A stretch of DNA of 63,065 nucleotides, counting the filler, from Choristocarpus tenellus KU-1152 (taxonomy: Eukaryota > Protista > Phaeophyceae), in NCBI GenBank assembly GCA_964200185.2. It is 11 parts of 11 records of this genome, joined end to end, with 100 filler letters (N's around TTAATTAATTAA, not from the genome) between each part and the next. Parts side by side here need not be neighbours in the genome. Positions count along the whole stretch, not along the records: positions 1 to 9,391 come from CAXNAD020003721.1; positions 9,492 to 12,699 come from CAXNAD020021537.1; positions 12,800 to 18,266 come from CAXNAD020010695.1; 8 more parts are not named here. The stretch is one strand, 5' to 3'. The translations under genes and the position numbers were made by a program. This document shows, in pieces, positions 1 through 13,009 of the stretch (position 1 is the stretch's first letter; every line of letters begins with the position of its first letter). Under the pieces are notes generated by a model, which made no database searches, was not told where the DNA came from, and saw only the letters and a program-made list of their open reading frames with translations.

Positions 1-430
1 CTGCGCCATCCTCAATTTTGAGGATCCCCTGTTAACTTAAGAAATACCCATAGACTGCATGAACAACTACCTCCACACTAACACACTAACAAACACATCA
101 AATATTTTTTTTCTTGTTTACTTATACTTCACACACACAAACACACATATAAATTCTCTTCAGGAATATGGGACCAATACTACTTAGAGTGAGTAGACAT
201 TTCATTTTTCTTGTTTGATGTTTTTTCGCTAAAGGTGACTTTCAAGAATCTGCATGTTTGTCTTGGGGATTCATGGAGGAAGTCATAGGTTTGGTCAGTC
301 AACTAGATTAAGCTTGAATTGAGAATTCCTATGTTATGTGGAATAAACTGCTTCCAAGAAGAGAAACGTTGAAGCTGACCCCAGCAACAGCTCTTTTCCT
401 CCAACATTCCACTCCGACCATGTACTGCAG

Positions 431-3400
431 CGGGGGAAGCTGAGGAAATAGAGAAGGGCGAAACCTATGACTGGTTCACAGATTGCGAAAGTCTGGCCAC
501 CTGCATCAAGCAACACATTGGTAGCTCAAGAAATGGACGTGTCCTTGTCCTTGGGTGCGGAAACTCCGAGATCTCTCTAAAGATGTACGAGGATGGATGG
601 AAGTGAGTGCTAAACTGTTGTCATGTGCCGTCGTTACTGTGCCCAGTGTTGAGACCTGTACCCAAAGTGTCAACCGTTCAAAGGAAGATAAAGTTGGCAT
701 AGTGGCCAAGACTCAGTGGCACGGTGGTTTGCTGGGAATCCGAAGGATGGGTTAAACACGGTGACCCTCAATTCGCTACGTGTGACTAATTTGCTTTGTT
801 GTATCACTTTGCGTTTGTTATTATACTAGTGAATGCTAGAAACCATTTAATGCACAGTATAGAGTTGGTGGTGCACATTGTGTAGGAACATGAGACCCTA
901 AAACTGTAAGAATACTCTCTGACACTTTTGCTTGTTAATATCATGCTTATCTCTCCGACACAACGGACCGGCACATCACCGTCAAGTCTTGGTGACCGCA
1001 TTAACCAAAGCATGCCAGTAGAAACGAGTAAGGTCCCCTCCGTCCTTCCTAGCCTACTAATCACACAAGCCTTGTGGCATGCCACACAATATTAGAGGAC
1101 ATGAGGCGCTCGCTAGGTGTCATAACCTCTGATTCGAGTTCTGGAAAAGCTTTGATGTGGCATTGAGAGTCGAACTGTTAGATGTTTTATTTAACTTTCT
1201 ACTTCTAAGGATCATGTTTACAGGTATTTTGTGACAGGGGATGCAAGACAACGACTTTTGATGGTGGCTAAAAAGTGCATTTAAAATTTAACATCAAGCA
1301 CACCAATACTTGATAGCATTCTATGTATTGATATTTCGAAGAGTGGAGCAGGGAGCAAATACCTCAGCTTAACTTTCCTTTTCCTTCCTGGAGGGCATAC
1401 ATTGCATCATGAGGGCCTTGTTCAACAAACGGTGTGCAATGAGTCTGGTTTGGCAAGGTTGTCTCAGACTTTGGACCTCAGTGTGCTCCCAGTCAGTTTC
1501 TTTGTGTATCTTGGCCACTCCAGAGCTCTCAGTGCCATGTTTTTTTATGTTCTGACGTGTTCATAATAATGACAAAGTCAAGACCTTGCAAATACGATGA
1601 GCATGAAGTATGACAGCTGCCACCCTAACCCTAACCCTAACCCTCTCCAATTGAATCCTTGTACACATGGAGTTAATAATAATTTTTTTAGGGGGGGGCT
1701 GCTAAACTTCAACTGGTACTGTATTTGTATTGCGTCCTTGTGTTTCCTCTCATGCAGTACTTTTTTTTGTCATCCCCTACACACCAGGAACATCATCAAC
1801 ATAGACTTCTCAGAGCCTTTGATAGAGATCATGAAGCACATCCACAGTGACAAACCCGGGCTGGAATGGAAGGTGTGTGGTGTGATTGCCCCTGTCGTAT
1901 GCTTACCGGTTTGTACATGTAACAAAGGGTGCAAGTGGGGAGGGAGGGGGTTGTGCTGCGTGAGTACGTTTATAGGTACTCATGACCTCTTTGTCTTGTG
2001 GGGTCTAGTGGATACACTGAACTTGTGCAGCATGTTATGTTGTAGGCCCCTTTTGGTTACAAGGGTGGAGTCGTTGTTCTGACTTGCTTCGAATGCCTAC
2101 CCCCAGGAATAATGGTGTGTGTCACAATCTTATCTCCAGCAGTCCGGTGTAATTTGCTCATCGTAGTGACTCCCTAAACCAATAATCATGGCCTGTCCTT
2201 GGAGCCCTACTAGTTGAGGTGAACCATGGACCTGAAGTAGTACTACACACAGGTGTTGCTTATGATGGCAGTATGCCCCTTTGTGGGTACCAGGAATGTG
2301 TTGCTTTTTCAAGTAAAAGATACACGTAGGTACGTGGTATGCCTACTGCCTGTCCATGTCTTGAGGTTCTGTGTGTGTGTGTGTCCCCTTTTTTTTTCGC
2401 TGTGTATCTGACAGTAGTAAGAATAGGGGCTATATATATATATATATGTATTTATTTGATTTTTTAAGCATTAGTATACCTTTTTTTCGTCTTACAGTAA
2501 ATGTGTCTCATACCTCTTTTTGTCCGTGCATGATTCAAATCCCCCCTCAGCTAAAAACCGTGGCGTGAACGAAATGAAAATAAACCGAAACTACTTGTGT
2601 AATGCAAGGTGATGAACGTGAGGGATATGGACGAGCTGGAGACTGGTTCGTTCGACGCGATCGTAGACAAGGGTCTAACCGACAGCCTCATGTACAGCGA
2701 TGACTTCAAGTACCACGTGGCACAGGTGATAATAATAATAGTAGTAAGAAGAAGAAGAAGAATAGTAAGAAAAATAATAAAAATCGGTTCTGTTGACTTG
2801 TTTTTTTCAGCTCGGAGACGGATGAGAAGACCGTTGATTGGTCAGTGCACCACAATCGCATTTTGGTGGTGTTTATTTTCCCTCGATCGAAATATTGTTC
2901 TGGTTTTGGGGGGAATTGTTGATGTGAGGGTGGGGCTGGGGGAAGAGAGGGGGGGTTGAAGGACACCTAGCAATTGGTCCAATTGTAATTCCACCACCTA
3001 TTGGTACCTTCTGATTGGTTGGAAGGTGGGGTACAGAGTACCTGGTTGGTTGTTGATTCGAGTGCAGATTGGTTATGGATTGTGTGTTTAGTTGTTTTGT
3101 CACATAAGTATGTTACCAGTGTTTCAGTGTTTTGTATGGTACATGCTGTATATATATATATATATGTGTGTGTTAAAGAAATAATTTTCATGAACTGTGG
3201 AGATAAATTGCTTGAGTGTAGGATGTCATTTCAAAGGTTTGTTACATGTTACATCAAAAGCATCTCGTAATCAGTACGTAACCATCTCGACCACGGTAGA
3301 TTGGTTTATTAGGACCTAGTGTCCAGTGTCGAGACCTGATTATACTTTGTTTCTTCTCTCCCCTCCCCCCGGGGCACTGCTAACACCAATAACGTGGTTA

Positions 3401-4740
3401 TCAGGATAATTTCATTGAGAGTTGGAGTTGGAGTTGAGAGTGAACACTTTCATATTGCTTGCCTTGTGTATTTGCACACAGGTATAGAGTTGTGTCTGTA
3501 AATCCACATCCATGCCAATACCAAAACCTCAATCTTCGATACACTGTGCACTGAATTTGCCACCTAATGTGTCTGCAGTTCATGCATTGTGCTACTGTGA
3601 CAACGCCTGAACATATATCACAACTCCTAAGCTTTTTACATTCGGAAGCTACAAGTTGTGTTTGGACTGATTGGGTCTTGCATCTTGTGTCAATTCAAAT
3701 CAAATCAATAAGAAGTCTGAGAGGGATGTGAGGGGATGGTTATATGTAACGCATCATTGCCTGAGACTTCCAGGAGGAGGTCAGGGAGTTATTGGGTATT
3801 GTGAGTGTGTGTGTGTGTGTGTGTGTGCACTACCAAGGTTAGATGGAATATTTGCATGGAAGATCTGATTTTGTTGACTGGATTACCTGAAAGACTTTTT
3901 ATTTTACAGGGTAGTATCTAACTAGGCCGTACCAGTGCTGATCCAAAGTATCTGGGGGGGAGGGGGGGGTCTACACCAGGGTGTCCGTTTGGACCAAAAT
4001 CGGGAAAGTGCCTTTACACATATCCATCCGACGTATGCAACCAAATGACCCCAAAATCGCATTATGAAAAAATTGACCCCAAATGGACATCCGCCACCCC
4101 CTCCCAGATACTTTGAGCCTGCTGGGAAGAGTGTGATTGTTGATTTTTTTGTAGTAGAGGGTGTCAGAACAGCAGTCATGTAGCATTGTCCAATGTTTTC
4201 AAAAGTGGGTTGGTAACATTGCTCCCAGGTGAGGAATCCACTCCCTAGTACTTCTCGCTGTTGATGTCTTAGTACAGTGGTTTAAAGTCATTGTTGTAGG
4301 CTTGTGCTGAGGGCTTAGCCGCACCAAATACACTGCGAATGAGATCACCCCCCCAACAACTTTGTGATTTATCTATTCACTATTATCTTGGCTAGGTTGG
4401 GCTTTGAATTAGTTGGAGGTTGTTTCAGGACAGGCGTCTCCACCACCCGGAAGTGTGTACTCTGTCCAAGCGGTGGGTGCTCGTTGCCTTACCCTCAACT
4501 GTTTCACTCTTCCTCAAACTACATTCGTGGACATTGCAGTAGTGTTCAATATATTGTCGCTCCCCCCCCCCCTGCCCCTTTCAATCTCTGTGCATTGGTC
4601 CGTATGTGCTTCCAACAGCTATCTCTAGGATGTGCTCGCTTGCTGAAACCCGGAGGCGTTTATCTGCTTGCCGACTACAGAGATATTGGACGGCTCGAAG
4701 GTCTGTTCAAGAGAGCGGAGTGGGAAGGGGGGAGCATCAG
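431..4740 (+). CDS. Class I SAM-dependent methyltransferase, METTL13 N-terminal/EEF1AKMT4-like; partial and spliced. Exons ~431-602, 1788-1872, 2609-2725, 4619-4740; candidate further exons 164-188 and ~5510/5558-5797
   Basis: Phase-compatible GT-AG exons join to ETYDWFTD...VLVLGCGNSEISLKMYEDGWK-NIINIDFSEPLIEIMK...-VMNVRDM...FDAIVDKGLTDSL...-ARLLKPGGVYLL. These contain motif I (LGCGNS), post-I (IDFS) and the DKG motif typical of this family. Confidence 0.9.
3940..4119. mobile_element. MITE family B copy, 180 bp
   Basis: TIR GATCCAAAGTATCTGGG...CCCAGATACTTTGAGCC with a 4-bp TSD TGCT (3936-3939 and 4120-4123). Similar copies at 24898-25079 and 31039-31221. Confidence 0.85.
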
Positions 4741-6788
4741 GTGAGCCTTGACTACCGCTGTGCCACGCCTGTTTCAGAGCGGCCTTGGTGCCTCTGGCAC
4801 TTGCATTTTTTGTTGTTTTCATTGAGTTGGCCTTTGATTGTGGCTTGTCTTTCCAAGTCTTGCTGGGTGAAAACATTTTGTTGAGGAGAGTTTTGTTGAG
4901 AAGAACGGGCTCTTTCTTGGGTTTTGTAACGTAGGCTTAGGCGTTGCTCTGGAGCAGTCTGTGTCTGCTGCCTGTGGAGAGCATTGTGTCATTGTGTTCA
5001 GGCGTGTTGAGGTACCCAAATGGTGACATTTGCTCAGACTGCATTAACGGATTGTGGTTGATTGGGTTTCCTCCTCTAGTTCATTGGACGTCCCTGTCAA
5101 GCCTATGACGAGGGATTACTCTAACCTCCTAAGGGTTGTTTTATTCATCAAGGGGTAGTAGGGTAGTGCATTGTCTTTTCTAGAATTATGTTGCTGGTAT
5201 AAACATTTTAGGTGAGAGAGAGAGGGAGTGAATCAAGGCTTGGTACAAGGTACCCGTGTGAGTTGTGATTGAACGTTGTACTTGAGCATGACAGACATGA
5301 GCTTGGCTACTATTGTGATAAGACAAATTTCTGCTGTTCAAGGAAGTACAAAGTACAAGGCGAAAGCAATGATTATAAGGAAAAGAAGAACAATATGAGT
5401 TGCGTTTTGACAAACGATTTGGGATGCAAGGGGGGGAAAAGAGCCTGTTTCACCAGGTGCTAAGAGGGCAGCTTACTCCCCCCCCCCCCCCCCCCTTCCC
5501 CCGTGTCTATATCCCGTTGGTGGGGGCGCTGGTGGTTCCGGCCCGGAAAATGGGAAGGTGACCACTCGTATCAACCTCTTCAAGGGAACGAGGACAGACG
5601 ACAGCCTTCGAATTTTAGTTGAGGAGCAACTTGAAGGACTACTTGAGGATGTTGGGGACACTGACAACAACGTGGAGGATGAAGATGGCGGGGATTTGAG
5701 CTGGATCATGGACACGGGTCTGCAGGGCTTGCTCGGCAAGGGCTTCATGGGTGGAGGGAGTTTGGAAGAGGGGGAAGGGGAGGGTGGGAAGTGGTGATAG
5801 AAGCATGTGCTGTGAATGTTCATGTTGGAGGCGGGAAGACAGTACTTACTGTCATTGGCTGCCGTAATATGTTTTCTAAATTTTTTCTAGTGCTTTCCTC
5901 GTGCCATTGGTAAGGGGTGTTTAACCCAGGAGATGACATTTCGTTGACTATTGCAGCACCCTTTTTGTATATAAATATTAATAGAGGTCTACACTGCGTG
6001 TATGTGTACAAGATCGAATCGCTTCACAAGATCAGGAGGTTTGATTTAGAGATGGGCAATGATATGTCCACGTGGATTCCGGATGTTTAAGTGGTAGGGG
6101 CAAATTCCAGAAAAGGTTTTCCCCGCCTTTGTAACAGATGCAAACAATATTCCAATCATCTTAGCATCATCAAGAGTGCCCTTGTGTGATGTTCTTGGTA
6201 GTGCTAAATTCACCGGTGCAACAATTGAGTGCTCCCGATTACTAGAGTTTTTTTTTAAATTAATGTGTGTTAGGGTTCCAGGCATGTATTTTTTCTGTTC
6301 CATCCGTCCCAAACACCATCCAAGTTCCTCGCCTTCCCATCAATGCCTTAGCCTTGTGAAACTCCCTCCACTCGCCATGTTTACATCCCTCTATGGAGCT
6401 CTTGTCACACTTTCAATCATATCAATGTTCTGTATTAAGAATACCAAGGGTGACTTGAGTGGCAGCATTCTGAAGTATTTTTTGTAGGTGTCAGGTACAC
6501 ATCGCTAGCTAGGGATGTATCCAAAACTGTTGCTTGGCAGTTTCACAAGAGCCAAACCAATTGAGAGGTAGGCAGGTTTGGACCCTTTTTGCATTCTAAG
6601 CCATATTTTTAGTCTGTGCAATACATTCGATTTCATTGTTTTACATGTCCAATAATGTATGTAAAATCGATGCCCTCCCCTTCCACACAGAAAGTGGCAC
6701 CACAATTAAGCAAAGGGTATTTCTACTACGGTTGTACAAAACTGCACCTTTGCACCCTTTTTCGGCATCCTTTATAATGCAACCCTTA

Positions 6789-7810
6789 CGGATATTGGAC
6801 GGGTCAATTGGGTACACAACGGTGTGGGATCTGTCCTTAGGTAGCACTGTGTAAATGGCACTTAGTACAAAACACGTCAAAATGCGTTACTCCTCGACTT
6901 ACCATTAGAATCCATGGATATTTGGAAGGCGAAGAGTTTGGACAACGGTTTTCGATCTGTCCAAGCGATGTATATCCACCACTTTTTCGCTACTCTTGAG
7001 AATGTTACCACTCAAATCACGATTAGAATCTCAGGAATATTGGGCAGGCAAAACGGTCAAACATCTATACTGGATCCATTTAAGCAATGTGTAACTGTCA
7101 CTCGCGCAATTATATACTTCAAAATATTGAGATCAAGTCACCATTGCTATGTCAGGGATCTTGGGCAGGTGAAACAGGAAAACAATGGTTTTGGACCCAT
7201 CCTTAGCTATAGCTAGCACTGTATATCTGGCTCATATGAGAAATTCTTCAGTATGTTGCCACCTATGGTATGGATATTGATCAGATGAAACGGGCAAGCA
7301 AAGATTTTGTGGCCATTCAAGTAATCTGTAACTGATTCTCACGCAAAATACTGCTGTATGTTACCGCTGAAGAAGTCACCATTGGTATGTACAGATATTG
7401 GGCTGGTCAAATGGTTTTCGATCCATCCTTGGCTACTAACATGTAACGGACACGTAGTGCAGAACACTTCAGAATGTTGCCGCTCGAATTATCATTGGTA
7501 CGTTATGAATATTGGACAGTTGAAACCGTAAACACTGGTTTGGGATCCAACCAAGAAATATGTAACGAGCATTCGTTCAATAAACTTCTTGAGAATGTTG
7601 CCTTTCAATTCACCAATGGTCGGTGATGGATTTTGGGTGGGTGTAACGGTTAAACAGCTGTTTTGGATACATCCTTGACCAGCAATTTGTAACTGGCACT
7701 TTCGTAAAATGCATCATAATCTTGTCAGTCTAATTGCCATAATCATGTTGTGAGCGTTTGGCAGGTGAGACGGTCAACCAACAGTTTTGTATCCATCCAA
7801 TAATGATTGG
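6789..7810 (+). repeat. Diverged tandem array, ~9 units of ~115-125 bp
   Basis: Motifs GGATATTGGGCAGGTGAAACGG, GTTTTGGATCCATCC, TGTAACTG, GAATGTTGCC and TCACCATTGGTA recur at ~120-bp spacing. Confidence 0.8.
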
Positions 7811-8513
7811 TCGTACTTTTGTTCGGGGTAATTTGATATTTGGTACGGTTTTGGCAACAACTTAAACATTGATGTACGATATGATGTGGTGAAAAAGTTG
7901 GGTGAAATGAGCAGATTCTTCGATGCTTCTTCAACCTAAAGATATTTTTTTCTGTTGGAGGGGAACTATAGGGATCAAGAACCGAACGGCAATGAGTAGA
8001 TGGAATGAATGGGTAGCTTGGAGTTCTTTCGTGTGACTGTAACTGACGAAAATTCGCAGCACATAGGATAAAACTGTCTTCCAGCCATATATCAATTCAA
8101 ATGTAGATGTTGTCACAATGGCTGCTTGACTGGGTGGTGTTGTGGTGCTGATATAGTAGGCGATGTATGCTTGAAAGGTTTGGGGAATCAAAAATAATAC
8201 ATAACCGCTTCTGTGGGTCAATCCTTCTTAAACTACTGTTCTGCTTGTCATCATGTCAGATTAGGGTTGGGTGAGCACGTCAGACAATGTGCTTGACTAT
8301 GAGAGCGAAGGCGACAGCAACGAATAAGAGAATGATGTAGAAGAAGGCTACATGTGGGACAACAAGGAAGTCGATGGTGAAGTTGACGTATTAGCCGTGA
8401 AATTTTCTCCCAACATCAAATGAAGATTATGAGTTTGGAACAAAAAATGGGGTATGTGCAGACGTTTGTTTCAAGCTCCCCTCAAGTGAAGACAAAGAAT
8501 TTTGAGGTGATTT

Positions 8514-8670
8514 TTGGAGAGTTGGAGTAAGTTGACACGGAAATATTTGCCTGCACAGGCCACTTCAATGGCATCTAAATGGTGGTTCACCTCTGCTGGG
8601 AACACAGTCAATGCCAAGCACAACCGTCTCTCTGAGGATGTATTTGGTGACAATGCGGAACAGTACTCTT
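8514..8670 (+). pseudogene. Relic of a hAT transposase C-terminal dimerisation domain
   Basis: LTRKYLPAQATSMASKWWFTSAGNTVNAKHNRLSE resembles the hAT consensus LARKYLxxPATSxxSERxFSxAGxxVxxKRNRL. Flanking sequence is disrupted by stops. Confidence 0.7.
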
Positions 8671-9391
8671 GTGGGATGACTTTGGTGCCCAAATACGGAA
8701 ATAAATCATAGCAATGATGGAGGCCAACGCACCACCCTGCACAGTCCTCTTGCCTCTTCTCACTGGTTGTCCTCTTCTATCTGCTAAGCGTGCTTAGTTG
8801 GGGTAGATAGAGTAGTACATGGTGTGTTTTTTCTCTTAGTTAATTTTTGCCTTGCTTATATCACCCCAGACACTGCACCGACCATTGGCCCCAGCTGAGT
8901 GACGCGATTATTTATTTGTACGTACTTAAAAGTGTGTGCTTTTGATCACATTTGACCCACATCTTGCTCTCTCATAACAAGTGATAGGAGGTTATTCTTT
9001 TGCATTGTATGAAAGTACATGCATCTCTTGTGGCGAATGAAGATGGTGGCGAAAATTCGTGGCTTTGTCTTCCAAAATCAAACCAGCATAAAATATTTAA
9101 TATCAAACATTTTTTTTCAGTGTGACATTTTTCATATATCAAGAATTTTTTTAACCTTTTTTGATAGGGAATATATATATATTTTAAAATGACATACACT
9201 AGGTTACCCTATTATGGGCCAAATATTATGAACCAAAATCTCAAGAAATATACTTTTAAACCAGAATTCTCGCATTCGGGCGATTTGGCACAATATCCCG
9301 GAGATATTCACGCGAGAGTGGCGCGCGCAAAAAAATTATCGCGAAAAGTGCCCTTCTTCCTGAGTCATGCTACCATACAGCAGTACAGTAC

Positions 9392-9491
9392 NNNNNNNNN
9401 NNNNNNNNNNNNNNNNNNNNNNNNNNNNNNNNNNNTTAATTAATTAANNNNNNNNNNNNNNNNNNNNNNNNNNNNNNNNNNNNNNNNNNNN
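9392..9491. other. Artificial contig linker, first of 10 in the window
   Basis: Identical N-run + TTAATTAATTAA (stops in all frames) + N-run cassette recurs ten times. Confidence 0.98.
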
Positions 9492-10701
9492 TGGGTGTGT
9501 GTTGTGTGGTTTGTGTTGTGGGTGGGGGGGGGGGGGGGGTCTTATTCTGGGGGGGTGTTTCCTTTTTTTCACACTTTTTTTTTTTAGTGTGTGGGACTAG
9601 AGGGAGGGTGTGTCGATTGCGTCGCAAATGGCACCCATTAACGTCGTGCTCTCGGGGGTATATTGGAGCACTCGGGAAAGGGTTGGGGGTGGCATGGAAC
9701 AGTATAATTAGGGCAGATTTCCGCAGAGTTGCCAACAGGGTGTGGTGCATGTGAAGAAGGTAGGGCGTGGAGAGCATTGAAAGATACTGTCTGTGAAACC
9801 TGCGGCACATCATGTGGAGTCGAAACAAGTCTCGGACAGGGGGTAGAGGATACATTGCGGTAGAGACGACTGGGTGAAGACTCTCATCAGGCCCCTCAAA
9901 TTTCAAAAGAATTAAACGGTTTGCATGGTATGAAAGAAGAGGTCTCAGTTCTTTGTTGATGGGCAATTCAGTCCGTGACATGAGGTGTTGCACCCTCTAA
10001 CCTGATTCAGATTGTTCTCGTCTAATCTACGAGGTTTGCAAGGACAATGACAGACGAGAGACCAGCCTCATCTCTTGTGTATCAGAGATATTACTGTGGC
10101 GATGCACCAGCCCCCCCAACCCACTAACAAACTAGAGATTAATAATATAGCTTCGAAAGCAAAGGCAACAAGCATGGTTGCTCCCTACCGTATACCCTTG
10201 ATATCTTACCCATAGAAATAGAAATGAGATTCTGGGGTCGTTCAGGTCACCGCTGTAGGCACACATTCCAGCAAATAACATGCCTGTGATATCGGACGGT
10301 GTGTTCATAAAAGAAAAATGATATGATAGACCATATAGATGTGGGTTCTTCATTTCTATGATATGATATAAGCACCGAAGGGGTGGTTCTATCTACCCCA
10401 TAGACAAGATGAAAGAGATTTGACACAAAGGTCCTCGATTGTCACGCTGTTCCTATAACAATCGGGTGGTAAAACTGAGGCATGCCATAGGAAGTACGGG
10501 GCTCAACCCTCCCTTTTCACGAAAACAATATTTATGGAGTGTGGGGGTGACCGAGATTGAAAACGGGACGGTGTGATCGACATCGTCCCAAAGTAATTGT
10601 GGTGTGGTCTCTACAGTACCTGCAAACGATGGATCTCGGTGTAGCTGGCAATGCGAAGGCTGCAGAAGGGGGAAGGGGGAAGGTTCGAGGAAGAGAAGTA
10701 C

Positions 10702-10782
10702 CTGCATTTGTTCCAGGTGTTGAACGAAGTCCTGCTGCTGGGCGGGGCTCATGCTTTGGAGGGCATCCTGGACGGTATTCAT
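10702..10782 (-). CDS. TIM9: Small TIM chaperone (Tim9-like), first coding exon
   Basis: ATG-initiated 27-codon exon MNTVQDALQSMSPAQQQDFVQHLEQMQ followed by a GT donor; resembles the Tim9 N-terminal helix. The downstream twin-CX3C exon was not located. Confidence 0.6.
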
Positions 10783-12211
10783 TGTGCAAGTTCTGACTGC
10801 AGTCAAGTACCCCGATCAAGCCTTAGCTCTTAGCCTCAAGTTGTACTCACGCACCAGAGCAAGATTATAAAGCCTAGATTTAGTAACTCACGACAAGACT
10901 ACGGTTGTGGTGTTTCTATGCTTGTAGTGAATAATATTGTTCAATAGAGGAGGAGTACTCTTGATATTGATTGTAGCCAAAGTTGAAGGGTTTCATAAAG
11001 CTATTGGAGCGTCGGTTGAATATTCTAACCTTTTCCTTTCGTCCCTCCCTTTTGATGTTGATCATTTTCAGAAACATCAAACATCTTCATAGTTTGATTG
11101 CGTGGATTGTATGCAAAAGTTACAGGGCAGCGTACAGGATACAGCACAACCTTGGTGAGGATTCTGGATATTCCATTGTTGGAGGTGTGAGACGCACCTC
11201 GCTAAGTGAACCTCTACCTTAGGACTGCCGTGGTGAGCTGGGGGGGTTTAGAAATGGAGGAGTTGCGGAGGGAGGCCCACCGTCTAGAGTCGGATCTCGA
11301 GGTGAGTATTTATTCTTTCAATTCCACTAGGTCGTAGCATTTTCTCTAGTGGTCCCACGGGGAGGATAGTGAAAGTGACAAGTCTCTGATGTGCAAGTGA
11401 GCCAGAACATCGACAGTTTGTCTCTGAGAGATACATTCGTTTTCCAAATGTCCATGGGACTCGGTCACCTGCCTCGCCATAGATCAATAGGATGCGATTG
11501 CTAAGTATTGATTTGACTTTTGCCGAGACTATTTGTGTCTAAATGTTTGATATCTTTCGTGTGGATGTGGGAATGGTCCTAGTGACCTGTGTCCTGTGCA
11601 ATTTGCTTCTTCGCAGTAAGCAATCCATAATGTCCTCACCATGATTCATGCATTTCTTCAAATTTACATCATTCCTAACCTGAGAGTCTGTTACTTGGAC
11701 GAATCGGTTTCCCAGTTCTTCTTTTGCGATGATGCATTTGAAATGTTAGTACTAAGGCTCTGTAGAAGGAACCCTTCTTCCCCCGATAACGTCCAGTTCT
11801 TGTGAGTTGGACGAGCGTGTTTGATGGTCAATTTTCGAGGTGAAGAGGAAGATTCCCCTATGAAGGATATTTTTGTCGTAACAGTCAAGTAGCAGCAAGT
11901 CCACGCTTTCCAGCAATGTGTCCCTTGAAGCGTAGTGCTGCACAACATGTGATCGATGATCGATGCATTTTGCACTCTATCTACAGTGTGGCAACACACG
12001 CATCTCCCCATTTGCTCACAAGAAGGGTCATGCTAGGATTCTTTTTTCAAGGGGTATCGATCCATTGCCATTAATATTCACATCATACATACACTAGCGC
12101 TAATGCCGTAGTAAGACCCTCCCCTGCAGATGATGGAGCCTGGGCTCTTCTAGTCGCCTTGAGCCCCGTTGTGTGTGTGTCCTTTCCCCCCTCACCTCAG
12201 TCCCTTTTGTT

Positions 12212-12242
<31 letters not shown>

Positions 12243-13009
12243 TTGTGTGTTTCTATCCAGGAAAAAACCCAAGCATACTCGCGATTGTCACAGAGGATGA
12301 ACTCGGACATGCTCTATGATGCAGGTAACCCGAGCATCAATCCCCCTCCTCCAACACACTTTTTGCTAGCCATAGCCAACCTTCCGCGCGCCCGACTAGA
12401 CGCGTGCGGAAGGTTTGTGTTTGTTGTTTGAAGGGTTGCTTCAGACTCGAGACTTTTCGGTTTCCTCTCCTGAATTTGTTTCCGATGCCCCCCCCTCCCC
12501 AGGGAGAATTTTATTTACACATAATTTTTTTTGTTTATACCGGGCTTCTGTTTTATGTTGTGTGTGTGTTTGTCTTTGTCACAAGTGTGCTTTAGTTGTC
12601 GAAATTTGTTCCATACCCTTTTTAGTCTTGCTCTAATTTTTTTTTTAATGGGAATAAGAAACACGCTACATGTCGCCCAAAGTATATGGGGGGGAGGGGN
12701 NNNNNNNNNNNNNNNNNNNNNNNNNNNNNNNNNNNNNNNNNNNTTAATTAATTAANNNNNNNNNNNNNNNNNNNNNNNNNNNNNNNNNNNNNNNNNNNNC
12801 AACTCCACTCAAAAAATCAAGACAGAATTTTTAGTCAACAAAAAAATAACAACTTAACCTCCCCCCCCCCCCCTTTCCGGCATACCACACACGAAGTATA
12901 ATAATCCCTTTGTTGCTTAAAAAAAACAAAACAGAACAAGGACTACCCTTTAGTCCATTTTTTTTACATTTTAACTTAAATCTGACACGGCCCAATCAAA
13001 AGTTCTCAC

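Noticed and set aside
9436-9447. Recurrent TTAATTAATTAA motif as a biological site
   Set aside because: Always centred in N-runs; it is a synthetic all-frame-stop linker.
12261-12324. AG/GT-bounded exon candidate (…MNSDMLYDA)
   Set aside because: Too short, the frame is ambiguous and no product is recognisable.
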